Shown here in pieces: positions 39,120 to 49,323 of a DNA stretch of 64,000 nt. Under the pieces are notes generated by a model, which searched no databases, was not told the DNA's origin, and was given only the letters and a program-made list of their open reading frames with translations. The DNA is from an uncultured delta proteobacterium. Lineage in GTDB: Bacteria; Bdellovibrionota; FAC87; UBA2466. The translations under genes were made by a program, and so were the position numbers. Numbering within the stretch: position 1 is the stretch's first letter; each line of letters begins with the position of its first letter. The stretch lies in the NCBI GenBank assembly GCA_963778115.1, contig CAVZSV010000004.1, positions 2,848,001-2,912,000 of the forward strand, written 5' to 3'.

Positions 39120-40489
39120 AGACATTTCAGTTCGATGCGATCTTTCAGGGCGGTCGTAAATGGCTTAGTCCGGGTGTTGTTGCACTCGACGACTCTGGAA
39201 AAATTCTAAAAGTTTCTACTGAGGTTTCGCCCGAAGCAGGAAAGCCTGAAGTAGAAAAGATACAAGGGTGGGCAATTCCCGGCTTCATTAACGCCCATTC
39301 TCACGCGTTTCAATATGCGATGTCGGGGCTGACCGAGCATCTCCCCAAGGGGGCAAAGTCGGATGATTTTTGGAGTTGGCGCGAGTTAATGTATGACATC
39401 GCTCTGGCTATCTCTCCCGAAGAGCTACAAGCTATTGCTGCACAGGCTTTCGCCGAAATGGTGCGTCAGGGATTTACCTGGGTGACCGAATTTCACTACT
39501 TGCACAAAGATCCCAAGGGAAAGTTCTACGCTAACCCCTCTGAAATGGGGGACAGGCTAGCCGCAGCCGCCACAGAGGCGGGAATTCAACTAACGTTGGT
39601 CCCGGTGTTTTATCGTTGGGGGGATTTTAGAAAACCGCCGTCTCCGAAGCAGAGTCGATTCATTTTGGAATCGGTAGAGGAGTACTCAACGCTTTTAGAC
39701 TCTTATTCGCGTGAACAAGAGTTTATGGGAATCGGAGTCCATTCCTTACGAGCGGCCAATCCACAAGAGACTCTAGAGATTCTGGGAATGAAAACGACTC
39801 GACCCAAACATCTACATATCGCGGAACAGGAAAAAGAGGTTGCTTCCGCAAAAAAGGTGCTTAAGAGCAGTCCCATCGATTGGCTATTCGATCATGTTGA
39901 AATAGACGAGGGGTTTCAGCTCGTCCATTGTACTCACGCCACTTCGAACGAAATTAAGAAAATCGCAAAGTCCGGCGCTAACGTGATCCTCTGCCCAAGT
40001 ACTGAAGGAAATTTGGGCGACGGGTATTTCGAATTTGAAGAACTGGTTCGCAGGGGAGGGACTTGGAGTATCGGAACTGACAGTCACATTGGACTAAGTC
40101 CGCTTGAGGAGTTGCGGTGGCTGGATTATGGCACGAGACTTAGACTAAAAAGGCGAAACCCGTTATGCGCCGTGCCTGGGACGGATAGCGGCCAATTCCT
40201 CTTTGACGGGGCTTTCCGGGGTGGGCGCTTGGCGGCTACTGGCAAAAGGGCAAAGAAAATGTTTCAGACGGGAGATTACTTCGATGCCGCTATCGTGAAC
40301 TCGGAGTCTGCTCTCTTAGAGGGAATTAAGGACGAGCGGCGCCTGTCGACACTTCTGTTTTCAGGGGATGCCTCGATGCTAAAGGGAACCATCGTTCGTG
40401 GAGAATGGCGAGTTAAGGACCAAAGGCACGTAAACGCCGAGGAGATCCGGACGAAATTTCGGTCCGCGGTGAAATCTCTAAGAACCTAA
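39116..40489 (+). CDS. hutF: Formimidoylglutamate deiminase
   Basis: NAHSHAFQYAM, DFWSWRELMY, EFHYLH, HSLRA, HIAEQ, CPSTEGNLGDG, IGTDSH; ATGA-coupled to hutG. Confidence 0.95.
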   Translation: MKTFQFDAIFQGGRKWLSPGVVALDDSGKILKVSTEVSPEAGKPEVEKIQGWAIPGFINAHSHAFQYAMSGLTEHLPKGAKSDDFWSWRELMYDIALAISPEELQAIAAQAFAEMVRQGFTWVTEFHYLHKDPKGKFYANPSEMGDRLAAAATEAGIQLTLVPVFYRWGDFRKPPSPKQSRFILESVEEYSTLLDSYSREQEFMGIGVHSLRAANPQETLEILGMKTTRPKHLHIAEQEKEVASAKKVLKSSPIDWLFDHVEIDEGFQLVHCTHATSNEIKKIAKSGANVILCPSTEGNLGDGYFEFEELVRRGGTWSIGTDSHIGLSPLEELRWLDYGTRLRLKRRNPLCAVPGTDSGQFLFDGAFRGGRLAATGKRAKKMFQTGDYFDAAIVNSESALLEGIKDERRLSTLLFSGDASMLKGTIVRGEWRVKDQRHVNAEEIRTKFRSAVKSLRT

Positions 40490-40491
40490 CC

Positions 40492-40830
40492 ATGGCTATC
40501 GACACCAGAACTCAATTCTCTAAACGCGTCATAAAGCTCGTCAAACAAATTCCCAGAGGGAAAGTCGCCACTTATGGGCAGATTGCCAAACTGGCCGGTA
40601 AGCCCCAAGGATCGCGAGGCGTAGGGTGGCTGCTTCATTCTTGTTCCAAGAGTCATGGACTTCCTTGGCAACGAGTGGTGAACTCGAAAGGTAAAATCCC
40701 AGCACCCGAAGACAGTTTGCAATACTCTGTTCAGATGAGGCTGTTGCAAAGAGAGGGAGTGGATTTAATGCAGGGGAGAGTCGATTTAGCCAAATTCCTT
40801 TGGAACAAGAAAAAAATCGGCAATAATTGA
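40492..40830 (+). CDS. Alkyltransferase-like protein (ATL, MGMT family, Trp replacing catalytic Cys)
   Basis: IPRGKVATYGQIA, RGVG, LPWQRVVN. Confidence 0.92.
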   Translation: MAIDTRTQFSKRVIKLVKQIPRGKVATYGQIAKLAGKPQGSRGVGWLLHSCSKSHGLPWQRVVNSKGKIPAPEDSLQYSVQMRLLQREGVDLMQGRVDLAKFLWNKKKIGNN

Positions 40831-41408
40831 AAGGCATGGCCGTAACGATGGGGTCAACGAATTTGTTTTCTAACGCATGGGGAGTGCTGAGTCTTTTTCT
40901 GATTCCCATCGGAGGCGGCATTCCGGCGGGTGTGCTACTTGCGAAAAGCCGAAGCATTGCCTGGCCTACTACGACCGCTCTGTATTTTATCTCTGACGTG
41001 ATATTGGCGTGTGTTTTTGAACCTCTTATGCTTCTCGTTATCAAAGTGGGAAAGCGATCTCCCAAAGTCGCTAGATTTAGCGACGCTTTTGGTAAGGCGA
41101 TGAAGAAAACGACGGCTCATTATGGAACCGAACTGGGACCCTTGGCCCTTATTACGATAGCCTTTGGTGCGGATCCCATGACCGGACGAGCAGCCGCAAA
41201 AGCCGCCGGACATGGATTCATCACTGGTTGGATGATGGCGATTGCAGGCGATATGCTCTATTTCGCCTTGATCATGAGTTCTACCCTTTGGCTGAATAAT
41301 ATTTTGGGGGATGGTACCTGGACGACCATCATCATAGTCGTGTTAATGATCATCGTACCGGTCTTAATTCGTCGTTTTCGAGAGTCCAGGCGCACGGAAA
41401 CTGCCTAA
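40827..41408 (+). CDS. Conserved integral membrane protein
   Basis: About 5 TM segments; IPIGGGIPAGV and DPMTGR motifs; start may be 40836 or 40848. Confidence 0.75.
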   Translation: MKGMAVTMGSTNLFSNAWGVLSLFLIPIGGGIPAGVLLAKSRSIAWPTTTALYFISDVILACVFEPLMLLVIKVGKRSPKVARFSDAFGKAMKKTTAHYGTELGPLALITIAFGADPMTGRAAAKAAGHGFITGWMMAIAGDMLYFALIMSSTLWLNNILGDGTWTTIIIVVLMIIVPVLIRRFRESRRTETA

Positions 41409-41545
41409 GCTAACCGGGGAATTTTCTCTTTTTTGGCGATCTTCCCGTTTTCATTCCAAATAGTTAGCTCAGCATTAAGGCTCTAGTATTGTATTGAATC
41501 CGCTACCTTGCTATAAGACCGTCACTCAAAAAGCGAGGGTGTTCC

Positions 41546-42700
41546 ATGCAGAGCCGTTCGTCGAGCCTTAAGTACGTAGGCCTTTTTCTCTTTCTATCGT
41601 GGAGTCCGGTATTTGGAATGCCACAAAACACTGACTCTGAAGCTATTATCACTTTCTGCCAGCAAGCCGTGAGACGAGGATCGTTATTTCATGGAAATGA
41701 GATCAATCGTCCGGCGGCGGAGGCCTTTTTCCGAGAGAGAGAGGAAGCGAAACGAGTAGTCAGGGAGGCTGATAGGGCGAGCTTTCGTCGGTCCCCCGGT
41801 TTCTCACCCATAGCACGGAAAGACGATTTTGCCCGGGCGTCGCGGGTGCAAAGATTGGACTGGAGCGGGTTGGGGATGAACGTGCTCACTCACTACACCG
41901 TTTATGAGTTGGACCCAGTCAGTTCCTTGGGGACGGACGCTAGGACTGTTGCTTTCGCGGAGGTGGAGGTTCCCTATTCTCCTGCAAGAGCCTGGCGAGC
42001 TACGATGCCCTTTCCCGTTCTAACAGGGAGATTCGCGGGTGAAACGAGCGCTCGTCCAGACGCCATTGCCTATTTACTCATCGCTCCTACCCTTCTTACC
42101 CAATCGCTCAAAGAATTCGAACCTCAGCGACGCGAAGGCACTATTAAAGCGATAGCTCAATCGATCGTGGAACAGCTTTGGGCTGGGGCGGTTTACGAAT
42201 ATCAAAGAAGCCTTCGGCTACGGACTGTAAACCTGGGTTTGCCGTTTTCTCTTCATCCGAGCTTAGCCAGAGAAACCCCTCTTTCCGTGGCAGATCTCTT
42301 GGAAAGAATCGAAGACGCTAGAATTGAGGCGTTGCGAAGGGGAGACAGAGAAGGAGTCGCCCAAGCGAATGCGGATATCGCTACCATTCTGTCTTCGGCG
42401 AACATGAGCCTGGCCCCGTTCCGTTCGCATTCCGGCCGAATCAATCGAAATATTCAAATCTCTTTTAAAACCAGGGACCGCCATTTTGTACGTATCAGTA
42501 CGGTGCTTTCGGCGAACTATTCCTTTTCGCATACCGGAAAAGTGGAACTCCGAGATATCTCAATCCAAGGTCCACTGGGACGACCAGTACCCATTAACAT
42601 CGAAGTTTCGGGTTTCGACGGGCTTACCTTGGAAGACGTTCTTCCTGGAGCCATCGCACTCTATGCAAATTGGCAATCCCATCTGCCCGAGCAGCAATAA
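41546..42700 (+). CDS. Secreted hypothetical protein (single Cys, CQQAV)
   Basis: GAGGG RBS; signal peptide; 384-aa ORF. Confidence 0.75.
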   Translation: MQSRSSSLKYVGLFLFLSWSPVFGMPQNTDSEAIITFCQQAVRRGSLFHGNEINRPAAEAFFREREEAKRVVREADRASFRRSPGFSPIARKDDFARASRVQRLDWSGLGMNVLTHYTVYELDPVSSLGTDARTVAFAEVEVPYSPARAWRATMPFPVLTGRFAGETSARPDAIAYLLIAPTLLTQSLKEFEPQRREGTIKAIAQSIVEQLWAGAVYEYQRSLRLRTVNLGLPFSLHPSLARETPLSVADLLERIEDARIEALRRGDREGVAQANADIATILSSANMSLAPFRSHSGRINRNIQISFKTRDRHFVRISTVLSANYSFSHTGKVELRDISIQGPLGRPVPINIEVSGFDGLTLEDVLPGAIALYANWQSHLPEQQ

Positions 42701-42715
42701 GAGCGTACTTGGTGT

Positions 42716-43984
42716 TTATGCGGCGTTGAGCCACTTATTGAGGTTTTCTTTCGTGAGCGGCTCCTTGGGGCCGCTAAAGAGGAACTGAATTTTCTTTCCA
42801 TCCTCTTTTCGCGTGAAGATGACTCGGTATCCGAAAATGCCCTCAGTGGGCGAAGGGGCAATGACTTGGGGAATTTCGGTGTACTCGTGGGGATCCTTTC
42901 CCGTTAGCGAAAGGGCAATACCGGTCAACTCGTTTCGGATCCCCATCGTAATATCTTTATAAGTTACTTCCTGATTCGGTGCTTTGGCGATGGCATTTTG
43001 CAAGACCGCCGTATCCAATCGGGCCTTTCGGGCGGCTTTTTCTGCGCCTACGCCCTCTCTAAAAAAATAGACAAATTGATCTTCGTCGAAACTAGTCTCT
43101 AAAGGGATTTCGACATTAATACTAGTGCGAGAAGGGTATGATAGAGCGGAGTCGAATATTCTTTTTAAATTATGATCGTCAGTGCACAACCCGGAATCAA
43201 GGCCGGCAAGAACGGAGAGCTGAAACGTATCGGTGTTGAACTTTAGGTTATTGGTTTCATCCACCGGGTCATCAAAGTCGTTGATTCCCATGCGAATCAC
43301 TGTGGCAAGCTCTCTGAAAGAGGTATCGACGATTACGTGATGGTCGTCGACTAGGGCAACAACGGGATGAGCCGTCCCGCGAAGTAAGCGGGCTAGTATT
43401 TTCTGTATCATCGGATTAAAGGCGCTAAGGACAATAATCTTTTCAGTTTTGCTACCTTCTTGCAGCGGGATTCGTTGGGAAGCGGGCTTTCTGCGTTCTA
43501 TCTCATAGCGAAGCTGATTAATCCGGTAGCTAAGAAGACTAATCTGTACAAAGTTGAAGGCTTCCCGATCGTCGTTTCGGTACCAGTCGAGGGTTACTTC
43601 GCGATCCGATTTACGAATATGCTTCGCGATCCGTTCAATTTCCGAAATGAGCTCACTGCGATCGAATGAGGGCAGGTCACGCCACCGAACTACGGGAACA
43701 TCCGCCTCGTCGAGGCTCAACAACCCGATCAGGCGTCGAGCGCGAATGTCGATAGATCGAGAAAAGTCTTCGGCTTGGTCCGCGATGATTTCATTTATCC
43801 TTAGTGCGCTTAACATACCGTCCGTGGAACCTCCCCAGTCGGATTCGGTCACTGCAAGAGCAGTGATTAGCCACCCACACGGATCGGTCCGTAATTCATC
43901 TTCTGAATTTCCTTCCGTGGCTGCCCTGCAAGGAGACGTCAAAAAAAGAATAAGCAGAATCAAAGTGAGATAATTTCGGGGCAT
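42716..43984 (-). CDS. Secreted hypothetical protein (CGWLI motif)
   Basis: Signal peptide; 422-aa ORF. Confidence 0.75.
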   Translation of the reverse strand: MPRNYLTLILLILFLTSPCRAATEGNSEDELRTDPCGWLITALAVTESDWGGSTDGMLSALRINEIIADQAEDFSRSIDIRARRLIGLLSLDEADVPVVRWRDLPSFDRSELISEIERIAKHIRKSDREVTLDWYRNDDREAFNFVQISLLSYRINQLRYEIERRKPASQRIPLQEGSKTEKIIVLSAFNPMIQKILARLLRGTAHPVVALVDDHHVIVDTSFRELATVIRMGINDFDDPVDETNNLKFNTDTFQLSVLAGLDSGLCTDDHNLKRIFDSALSYPSRTSINVEIPLETSFDEDQFVYFFREGVGAEKAARKARLDTAVLQNAIAKAPNQEVTYKDITMGIRNELTGIALSLTGKDPHEYTEIPQVIAPSPTEGIFGYRVIFTRKEDGKKIQFLFSGPKEPLTKENLNKWLNAA

Positions 43985-44265
43985 GCGGGCTTATATCATT
44001 TACCGTTACCAAAATCCATTAACGGCGTGCGAGGGTTGTGACTAGCCACTGGACGTCGTCTTGTTCGTGTTCGCTTCTGAATGAACCCCTTAAAACTCCA
44101 TCCGAAATCGCTGATTTAATGATTTGGGAAGTGAGAAACTACGACATTCCCCACTGCATTGGTTGCCTACTGGAACTTCGGTTCAATTCATATAAAGTAT
44201 TGAATATTTTAAACTATTATATTCCACCCCCTATTGTTTTGACAGCTGCCTTTCGTGTATTCATT

Positions 44266-44281
44266 CGGCATGCGCGTTGCA
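44266..44281 (+). promoter_or_regulatory. sigma54 -24/-12 promoter
   Basis: CGGCATGCGCGTTGCA with AT-rich upstream tract. Confidence 0.6.
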
Positions 44282-44363
44282 TTTGTTGTCGCTCACATTG
44301 TAATTCGCACACCTTGCTTGCCGATTCATTTTAGAAATTTTGGTTTGATCTATAGGAGTCTTA

Positions 44364-45698
44364 ATGAACGTTCTTAAACGCTCGTTTTCTCGTGGTTCGG
44401 TTGTTCTCACCGTAGGCTTAGCGTTTATGTTAGCGGGTTGTGTTCCCGACAATGCGGATAGCCCCGGCGCGGGGGGACCTGGCTCCACGGGTACGGGATT
44501 GGTGATTGCCCTTCAAGGGCCAGCGAATTTAACATTGACGCCAGGCCAGTGCCAGCCGTTACAGGTTTCTCTTGAAGACCAGTTAGGAAATGCGGTGACT
44601 GCTAGTAGCGATACTTCCATCGCCCTTTCGGCTGCCGCTCCAGCAAATGCAGAAACCGAGGCAAATAAAGCAGCGGCCGCTGCGATTCAGTTTTTCGAAG
44701 ACCCTCAATGTACCGAAGGGCTTGCGTCTGCGGCGATTCCAGCCCAAGAGAGTTCTCTAACGTTTTATATCTCGGGAAGTGCATTGGGATCGGTGCTTAT
44801 CATTCCTCAGGATGACTTAGCGGCCATCACGGATCTATCGGTGACCATTGCAAATTCACAAGTTTCCACCGGATCTGGATCCAGCTCCCGCTCTGCGTGT
44901 ATCGCGACCGGCATCGCCGGCCCCCAAGGAGAAATGATTACCTCCCTTTCGATCAATATCAATACCGGCGATGTGGGACCTTTTAATATCCAAATACCGA
45001 CTCTGGGGATTGTGAGTACGGATGCTAGGACCTATCTGGTTTCCGAGCCTATTCCCTCCAATGTTCTAGCAACTAACGGTATCGTATATACGGATCTTTC
45101 CTCCAATATCAGTGGAATTTGCACTTTGAATGTTCTCGACCCCATCCCTGGCGAGTGTCCGCAAGGCTTCATTCTCGAGAACGGCTTAGGATGTGTCGCC
45201 CCTACCCCTGGCGCGCCAACAATTCCGGTCAGTACTCCGGTTTGCCCGGCAGGATTTACTTCGAGTAACGGTGTCTGCCTTCCCCCTGGCGGTCAGCTGT
45301 GTCCAACCGGATATACCTACGTATCAGGGATAGGTTGCGAATTTACGGGGACCGGATCTACCGGTGGTAGCACGTCGTCTCCCTCTGAACCGGCAACCTC
45401 TCCCATCGTATGTACTTTGAACTCAGTGACCTCTCCTGCGGTGGGACCGGTCAGCGGTCACGTTGACCAGCCTCTCTCTTTTACGCTAACCAGTCCGCAA
45501 AACCCGTCACTTGAGATCGTGGTGGCCAATACAGGCGAGATAAATGTGAGCCAGCTTCCTTTTGTGCTTCCGAGCAGTGGACAATTCGCGATTACATGGA
45601 GCGCTCCTGGAACTTATCCTCTCTTAGTGGTGGGGCAGTCATTGCAGGGAGACCCCTGCACGGGAGTGATTCCTTTAACGGTAATTATTACTCCCTAA
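44364..45698 (+). CDS. Surface lipoprotein with Ig-like domains and three CPxG(F/Y)..GxC repeats
   Basis: AGGAG RBS; lipobox LAGC; CPQGFILENGLGC, CPAGFTSSNGVC, CPTGYTYVSGIGC. Confidence 0.85.
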   Translation: MNVLKRSFSRGSVVLTVGLAFMLAGCVPDNADSPGAGGPGSTGTGLVIALQGPANLTLTPGQCQPLQVSLEDQLGNAVTASSDTSIALSAAAPANAETEANKAAAAAIQFFEDPQCTEGLASAAIPAQESSLTFYISGSALGSVLIIPQDDLAAITDLSVTIANSQVSTGSGSSSRSACIATGIAGPQGEMITSLSININTGDVGPFNIQIPTLGIVSTDARTYLVSEPIPSNVLATNGIVYTDLSSNISGICTLNVLDPIPGECPQGFILENGLGCVAPTPGAPTIPVSTPVCPAGFTSSNGVCLPPGGQLCPTGYTYVSGIGCEFTGTGSTGGSTSSPSEPATSPIVCTLNSVTSPAVGPVSGHVDQPLSFTLTSPQNPSLEIVVANTGEINVSQLPFVLPSSGQFAITWSAPGTYPLLVVGQSLQGDPCTGVIPLTVIITP

Positions 45699-45712
45699 TT
45701 TGAGAGAGATTT

Positions 45713-48133
45713 TTAACGGCGGGGAGCGATGCTCTTCGCCGTTTTCTTTTTTTTGAAGCTATTCTCCAGCCATGGGAAACATAGAAAACCAATTGCCCCC
45801 GCCAATCCCAAAATCGAAATAAGGCCTCCCATCCAAGACATTCGGTCGAAGAAGGTGAAAACTACGTTGTGCTCTCCTTTTTCCAACGAGACGGCCCAGA
45901 AGGTGCCGTAAGCGCGCAAGAGATCCGTTGTCTTACCATCCACCATAACTTTCCACGCGGGAAACCATAGTTCGGAGGCCACCAGATAACCCGGATCATC
46001 CATTTTTACTTTTAAGTTAATTTCATCGGGCTCCCGGGACACAATATTCACTTGGTCGTTTGTGGCGGAAGCTCCCCTTTTTTCATCGACAGGTGCACTG
46101 ACTACTTTAGGCGAGGTCTCTTTCAAATCGAGAGCGGCGTTTCGACCTAATAAGAAAACCTTTTCGCGGAGTATTTCTCTGCTGGCCAGAGGTAAGGCAT
46201 CAAAGAGAGCTGTCTCGGAACTAAACGTGAGGCTTTCGTGGGTCGTGTAAAAGCGGGGAAAGACATCCTCGTTTATATAGACGTTTCCTATCGGCGTCGG
46301 CTTTAGTTTGGTCCCTTGGTAACTCGGCAGGCCAAAGTACTTTACGTTGTAAAGATCAAGCAAAGGGGAGGCATCCCCTCCCTCTCTAAAATGGGGGCCG
46401 TCGTCAGGGGAGAAAATCTTCAAGGCATATTCATTGAGATACTTAGGTGACGACGTGTCAAAGAGAGGATCAAAGGCCGCTTCCACCCCTAAACGGGGGG
46501 CCCAATATTTTTGTCGCCCCACAAAGGTAAAAACCCGATAGGGCAATTTTTCACTGCTTAGTACCGGATCGTAAAATACGCGCTTAAACCCCTCATTAAT
46601 TTCGTCAAGGCGCTCTTGAAACGGGCCAGAAAAAGACTTTCCATAAAAAGGGATATCCGCATTGGCAAAATAAAAAAGAGCGAAGAATAAAGGAATTAAT
46701 ACTACGGAGATGCGAGGGATGGTAGCTATCACCATAAGCGCAACGGAAGAAACCACAAGAACCGCCACGGCGGCATTTTCCAATTCGATCGGAACCGAGG
46801 TGCAGAGGTGCTTCCAACCGATCGCGAAATAGACTCCAGCCGTCGTAAGGCAAAGTAAGTCGAAACCATGAAGGGAGTATCGACCTAAACGAATCGCAGG
46901 TTTGAAAAGTACTCGTTTGAGGAAAGTATCCGTCGATTTGGGACGGAAGGGAATTCGTAACGTATCAAATCCTCTTGCGACAAAAAAACCGATTCCGATT
47001 AACCCCACCATTAGCACTCGACATCCTGTGATTCGCAAAGAGCCCAAATGAGCGTAGAAGCGATAAGCTAATTGAATCCATTCGGGCATTCGTGAAACAT
47101 TCATCAATAGGAAAGCACCCAAAACTAAACTCAGCATGAACCATTTCCCCTTTTTGGCATCTAGAACAAGTGCCCGTAGCATCAAAAAAACGGCGGGGAT
47201 TCCTATGAATACTTCAAGGTTGGGATTGATCATGCCGCCGGCAGGAAAAGGAAGAAAGAGTCTTCCCGCAAACTCCCTCAAAGGAATGTCTTCGAAGGGC
47301 AAGCTTCCCATTGAAGCGGCTCTCATGGTGTATTTCATGTAACTTAGCGAGGGGACAATGATGACCGCACTAATCACCGTCCCTACGGCAAGTGCCAAGA
47401 ACCAATAGCCCAGAGATTTTCCCGCGACCTTTTTCCATTGCGATCGATCTTCGGGTACCGATTCGATAAAAAGAAGAGGGATAAACGGGAGTGCGAAAAA
47501 TAAGGGAGTATCGGTTCCACTTAAAAGTGAAAGGCCAATAACGATTCCAGAAGCAATGGCCCAACGGATTGAGCCATTTCTTATCGCCCTATCTAGAAAC
47601 TGGATTACCCAGAAAATAGAGATGAAGGAGATGAGATAGAAAATGTTTAGTTCTCGCATTGAAGAATAGCTTTGAAAGCCCGTGAAGGTAACCAGTATAG
47701 TGCCCAGCACTGCCCCGGTCCGGCTGCAGCCATAATAGCGGTAAAGGGCGTAACCACTGAGGGTCACCATAAAGAGGAGAAAGCCCGCATTGATCATCAG
47801 GGCGATGAGCGTTGCCGACAAACTATCGCTAAAAAAAGTGCGTAACACCCAATCCATCAGAGCGTTGGTGGGGAAGAATCTGCCCACGATGGGATACCAG
47901 CCCGTGTATCCCATCACATACGGATCCCAGCCCTTCAAGAACAGATCAGAATTGTCGTGAAGATAGATATTGAGAAAGACGTCCGTCTGAAGAATGAAAT
48001 TTGGATGGTAGAACTTTAAGCAAAAGGTTCCTACCATGACGGCCAACGCTACCAAAGGAACCACGGCATTTTCCTCGAAGAAGTAAATGGGAGAATTGAA
48101 TTTTACCAGATCTAATCCTTTGACGTTATGCAT
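45713..48133 (-). CDS. YfhO-family polytopic membrane protein (GT-C-like)
   Basis: Many TM segments; LLDLYNVKY, NEDVFPR, GYLVASELWFPAWKVMVDG..LLRAYGTFWAVSLEKGEHNVVF. Confidence 0.88.
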   Translation of the reverse strand: MHNVKGLDLVKFNSPIYFFEENAVVPLVALAVMVGTFCLKFYHPNFILQTDVFLNIYLHDNSDLFLKGWDPYVMGYTGWYPIVGRFFPTNALMDWVLRTFFSDSLSATLIALMINAGFLLFMVTLSGYALYRYYGCSRTGAVLGTILVTFTGFQSYSSMRELNIFYLISFISIFWVIQFLDRAIRNGSIRWAIASGIVIGLSLLSGTDTPLFFALPFIPLLFIESVPEDRSQWKKVAGKSLGYWFLALAVGTVISAVIIVPSLSYMKYTMRAASMGSLPFEDIPLREFAGRLFLPFPAGGMINPNLEVFIGIPAVFLMLRALVLDAKKGKWFMLSLVLGAFLLMNVSRMPEWIQLAYRFYAHLGSLRITGCRVLMVGLIGIGFFVARGFDTLRIPFRPKSTDTFLKRVLFKPAIRLGRYSLHGFDLLCLTTAGVYFAIGWKHLCTSVPIELENAAVAVLVVSSVALMVIATIPRISVVLIPLFFALFYFANADIPFYGKSFSGPFQERLDEINEGFKRVFYDPVLSSEKLPYRVFTFVGRQKYWAPRLGVEAAFDPLFDTSSPKYLNEYALKIFSPDDGPHFREGGDASPLLDLYNVKYFGLPSYQGTKLKPTPIGNVYINEDVFPRFYTTHESLTFSSETALFDALPLASREILREKVFLLGRNAALDLKETSPKVVSAPVDEKRGASATNDQVNIVSREPDEINLKVKMDDPGYLVASELWFPAWKVMVDGKTTDLLRAYGTFWAVSLEKGEHNVVFTFFDRMSWMGGLISILGLAGAIGFLCFPWLENSFKKKKTAKSIAPRR

Positions 48134-48178
48134 TATGACGGGATAGTCGTGAGAGATAGGGAGTTTTTGAGGAGGAGA

Positions 48179-49321
48179 ATGTTGGGGAACAAGCTTTGTC
48201 TACTCGTTTGGGGTTTCGTTATTTGTAATGCACCCGTGTCGCTTTCGGCAGACGATCGCGAGCCATTGATTTCGAGACTTATCGAACAACTAGGCAATTC
48301 CGATTACCAGCTTCGCAACTCCGCGGAAGAGGAGCTGTTGAAAAGCGGCCTTTCTACTTTTGTGCAGGTTGAAACCGCAGCCCAAACCGCATCGGATACA
48401 GAGGTACGTTTACGTGCAGCTCGAATACTTAAGATCTTAAAAGGCGAGTTGCTTTGGGCCGGCGAAAAAAAAGAAAGCGATCTCTACTCTCTCACCGACG
48501 TCAGGGGGGCGATTACCGCGAAGATGGGCGAAGCGGGTTTGTTTTTTACGCGTCCTGAGTACCAGAGCGAGAATGGATTAACCGTGCCTAAGTTAGACGG
48601 CTTAAGGCTGGAGATGCGATTAACCACTGACCAGGGATTTAGATTGGTGGGATATCGCGGAAGCCCCACCTACGTCAAAGGAAGGACTGATAATAACTCT
48701 GAGCTAATCAAATATCGGCCGGCTGGCGATTGGGTGTTTCTCCATAACTCCGCAGAGAACCGATCCCTGGATCAATTCCCCCTTAGGATCGATCTAAAAC
48801 CAACCGAACCAGGGGCACGAAGCATAGAACAAGTGGAGATCGGATGGGAAATGGTGGCAGCGGCAGATTTTACCGAGCTCAACGTAGAATTGGAAACTAA
48901 CCGTTTTTATTTCAAAGATGACGTTGAGTTTAGGTTGAAGGGGATGGAGGCTAAAAATTCAAGTCAGACCGAAATCAATTTCAATTGGCGTCGAGATATC
49001 ACTCTTTCTAATTTTCCTTATATTTCTACTACCGAAGTGAGAGTGCGGCTTTTAGATCAAAATGGAAACCCGTTTAAAGTCTCTGCCGACAGCCTCGACG
49101 GCCCTAGCGAAGAAGCTAATTTAAACAAGCATATGCACCACTGCTATAGTGAGGGCGGAGAAACTAAGAACGATCCCACCGAAAATAGGGTTACCTTTGA
49201 CACTCCTCCAGGTGGGCGCGTTCCTACTCGATTATCGATCGTCTATCCACGCCTGTTTTCTCGTCGAATAGTCCCCTTCCGGTTTAAGGGGATTGGAATT
49301 GAGCAAACGCGGCTTGAGTAG
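48179..49321 (+). CDS. Secreted protein with N-terminal HEAT-like hairpin
   Basis: GAGGAGG RBS before ATG 48179; ISRLIEQLGNSDYQLRNSAEEEL..DTEVRLRAARIL. Confidence 0.75.
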   Translation: MLGNKLCLLVWGFVICNAPVSLSADDREPLISRLIEQLGNSDYQLRNSAEEELLKSGLSTFVQVETAAQTASDTEVRLRAARILKILKGELLWAGEKKESDLYSLTDVRGAITAKMGEAGLFFTRPEYQSENGLTVPKLDGLRLEMRLTTDQGFRLVGYRGSPTYVKGRTDNNSELIKYRPAGDWVFLHNSAENRSLDQFPLRIDLKPTEPGARSIEQVEIGWEMVAAADFTELNVELETNRFYFKDDVEFRLKGMEAKNSSQTEINFNWRRDITLSNFPYISTTEVRVRLLDQNGNPFKVSADSLDGPSEEANLNKHMHHCYSEGGETKNDPTENRVTFDTPPGGRVPTRLSIVYPRLFSRRIVPFRFKGIGIEQTRLE

Positions 49322-49323
49322 TC

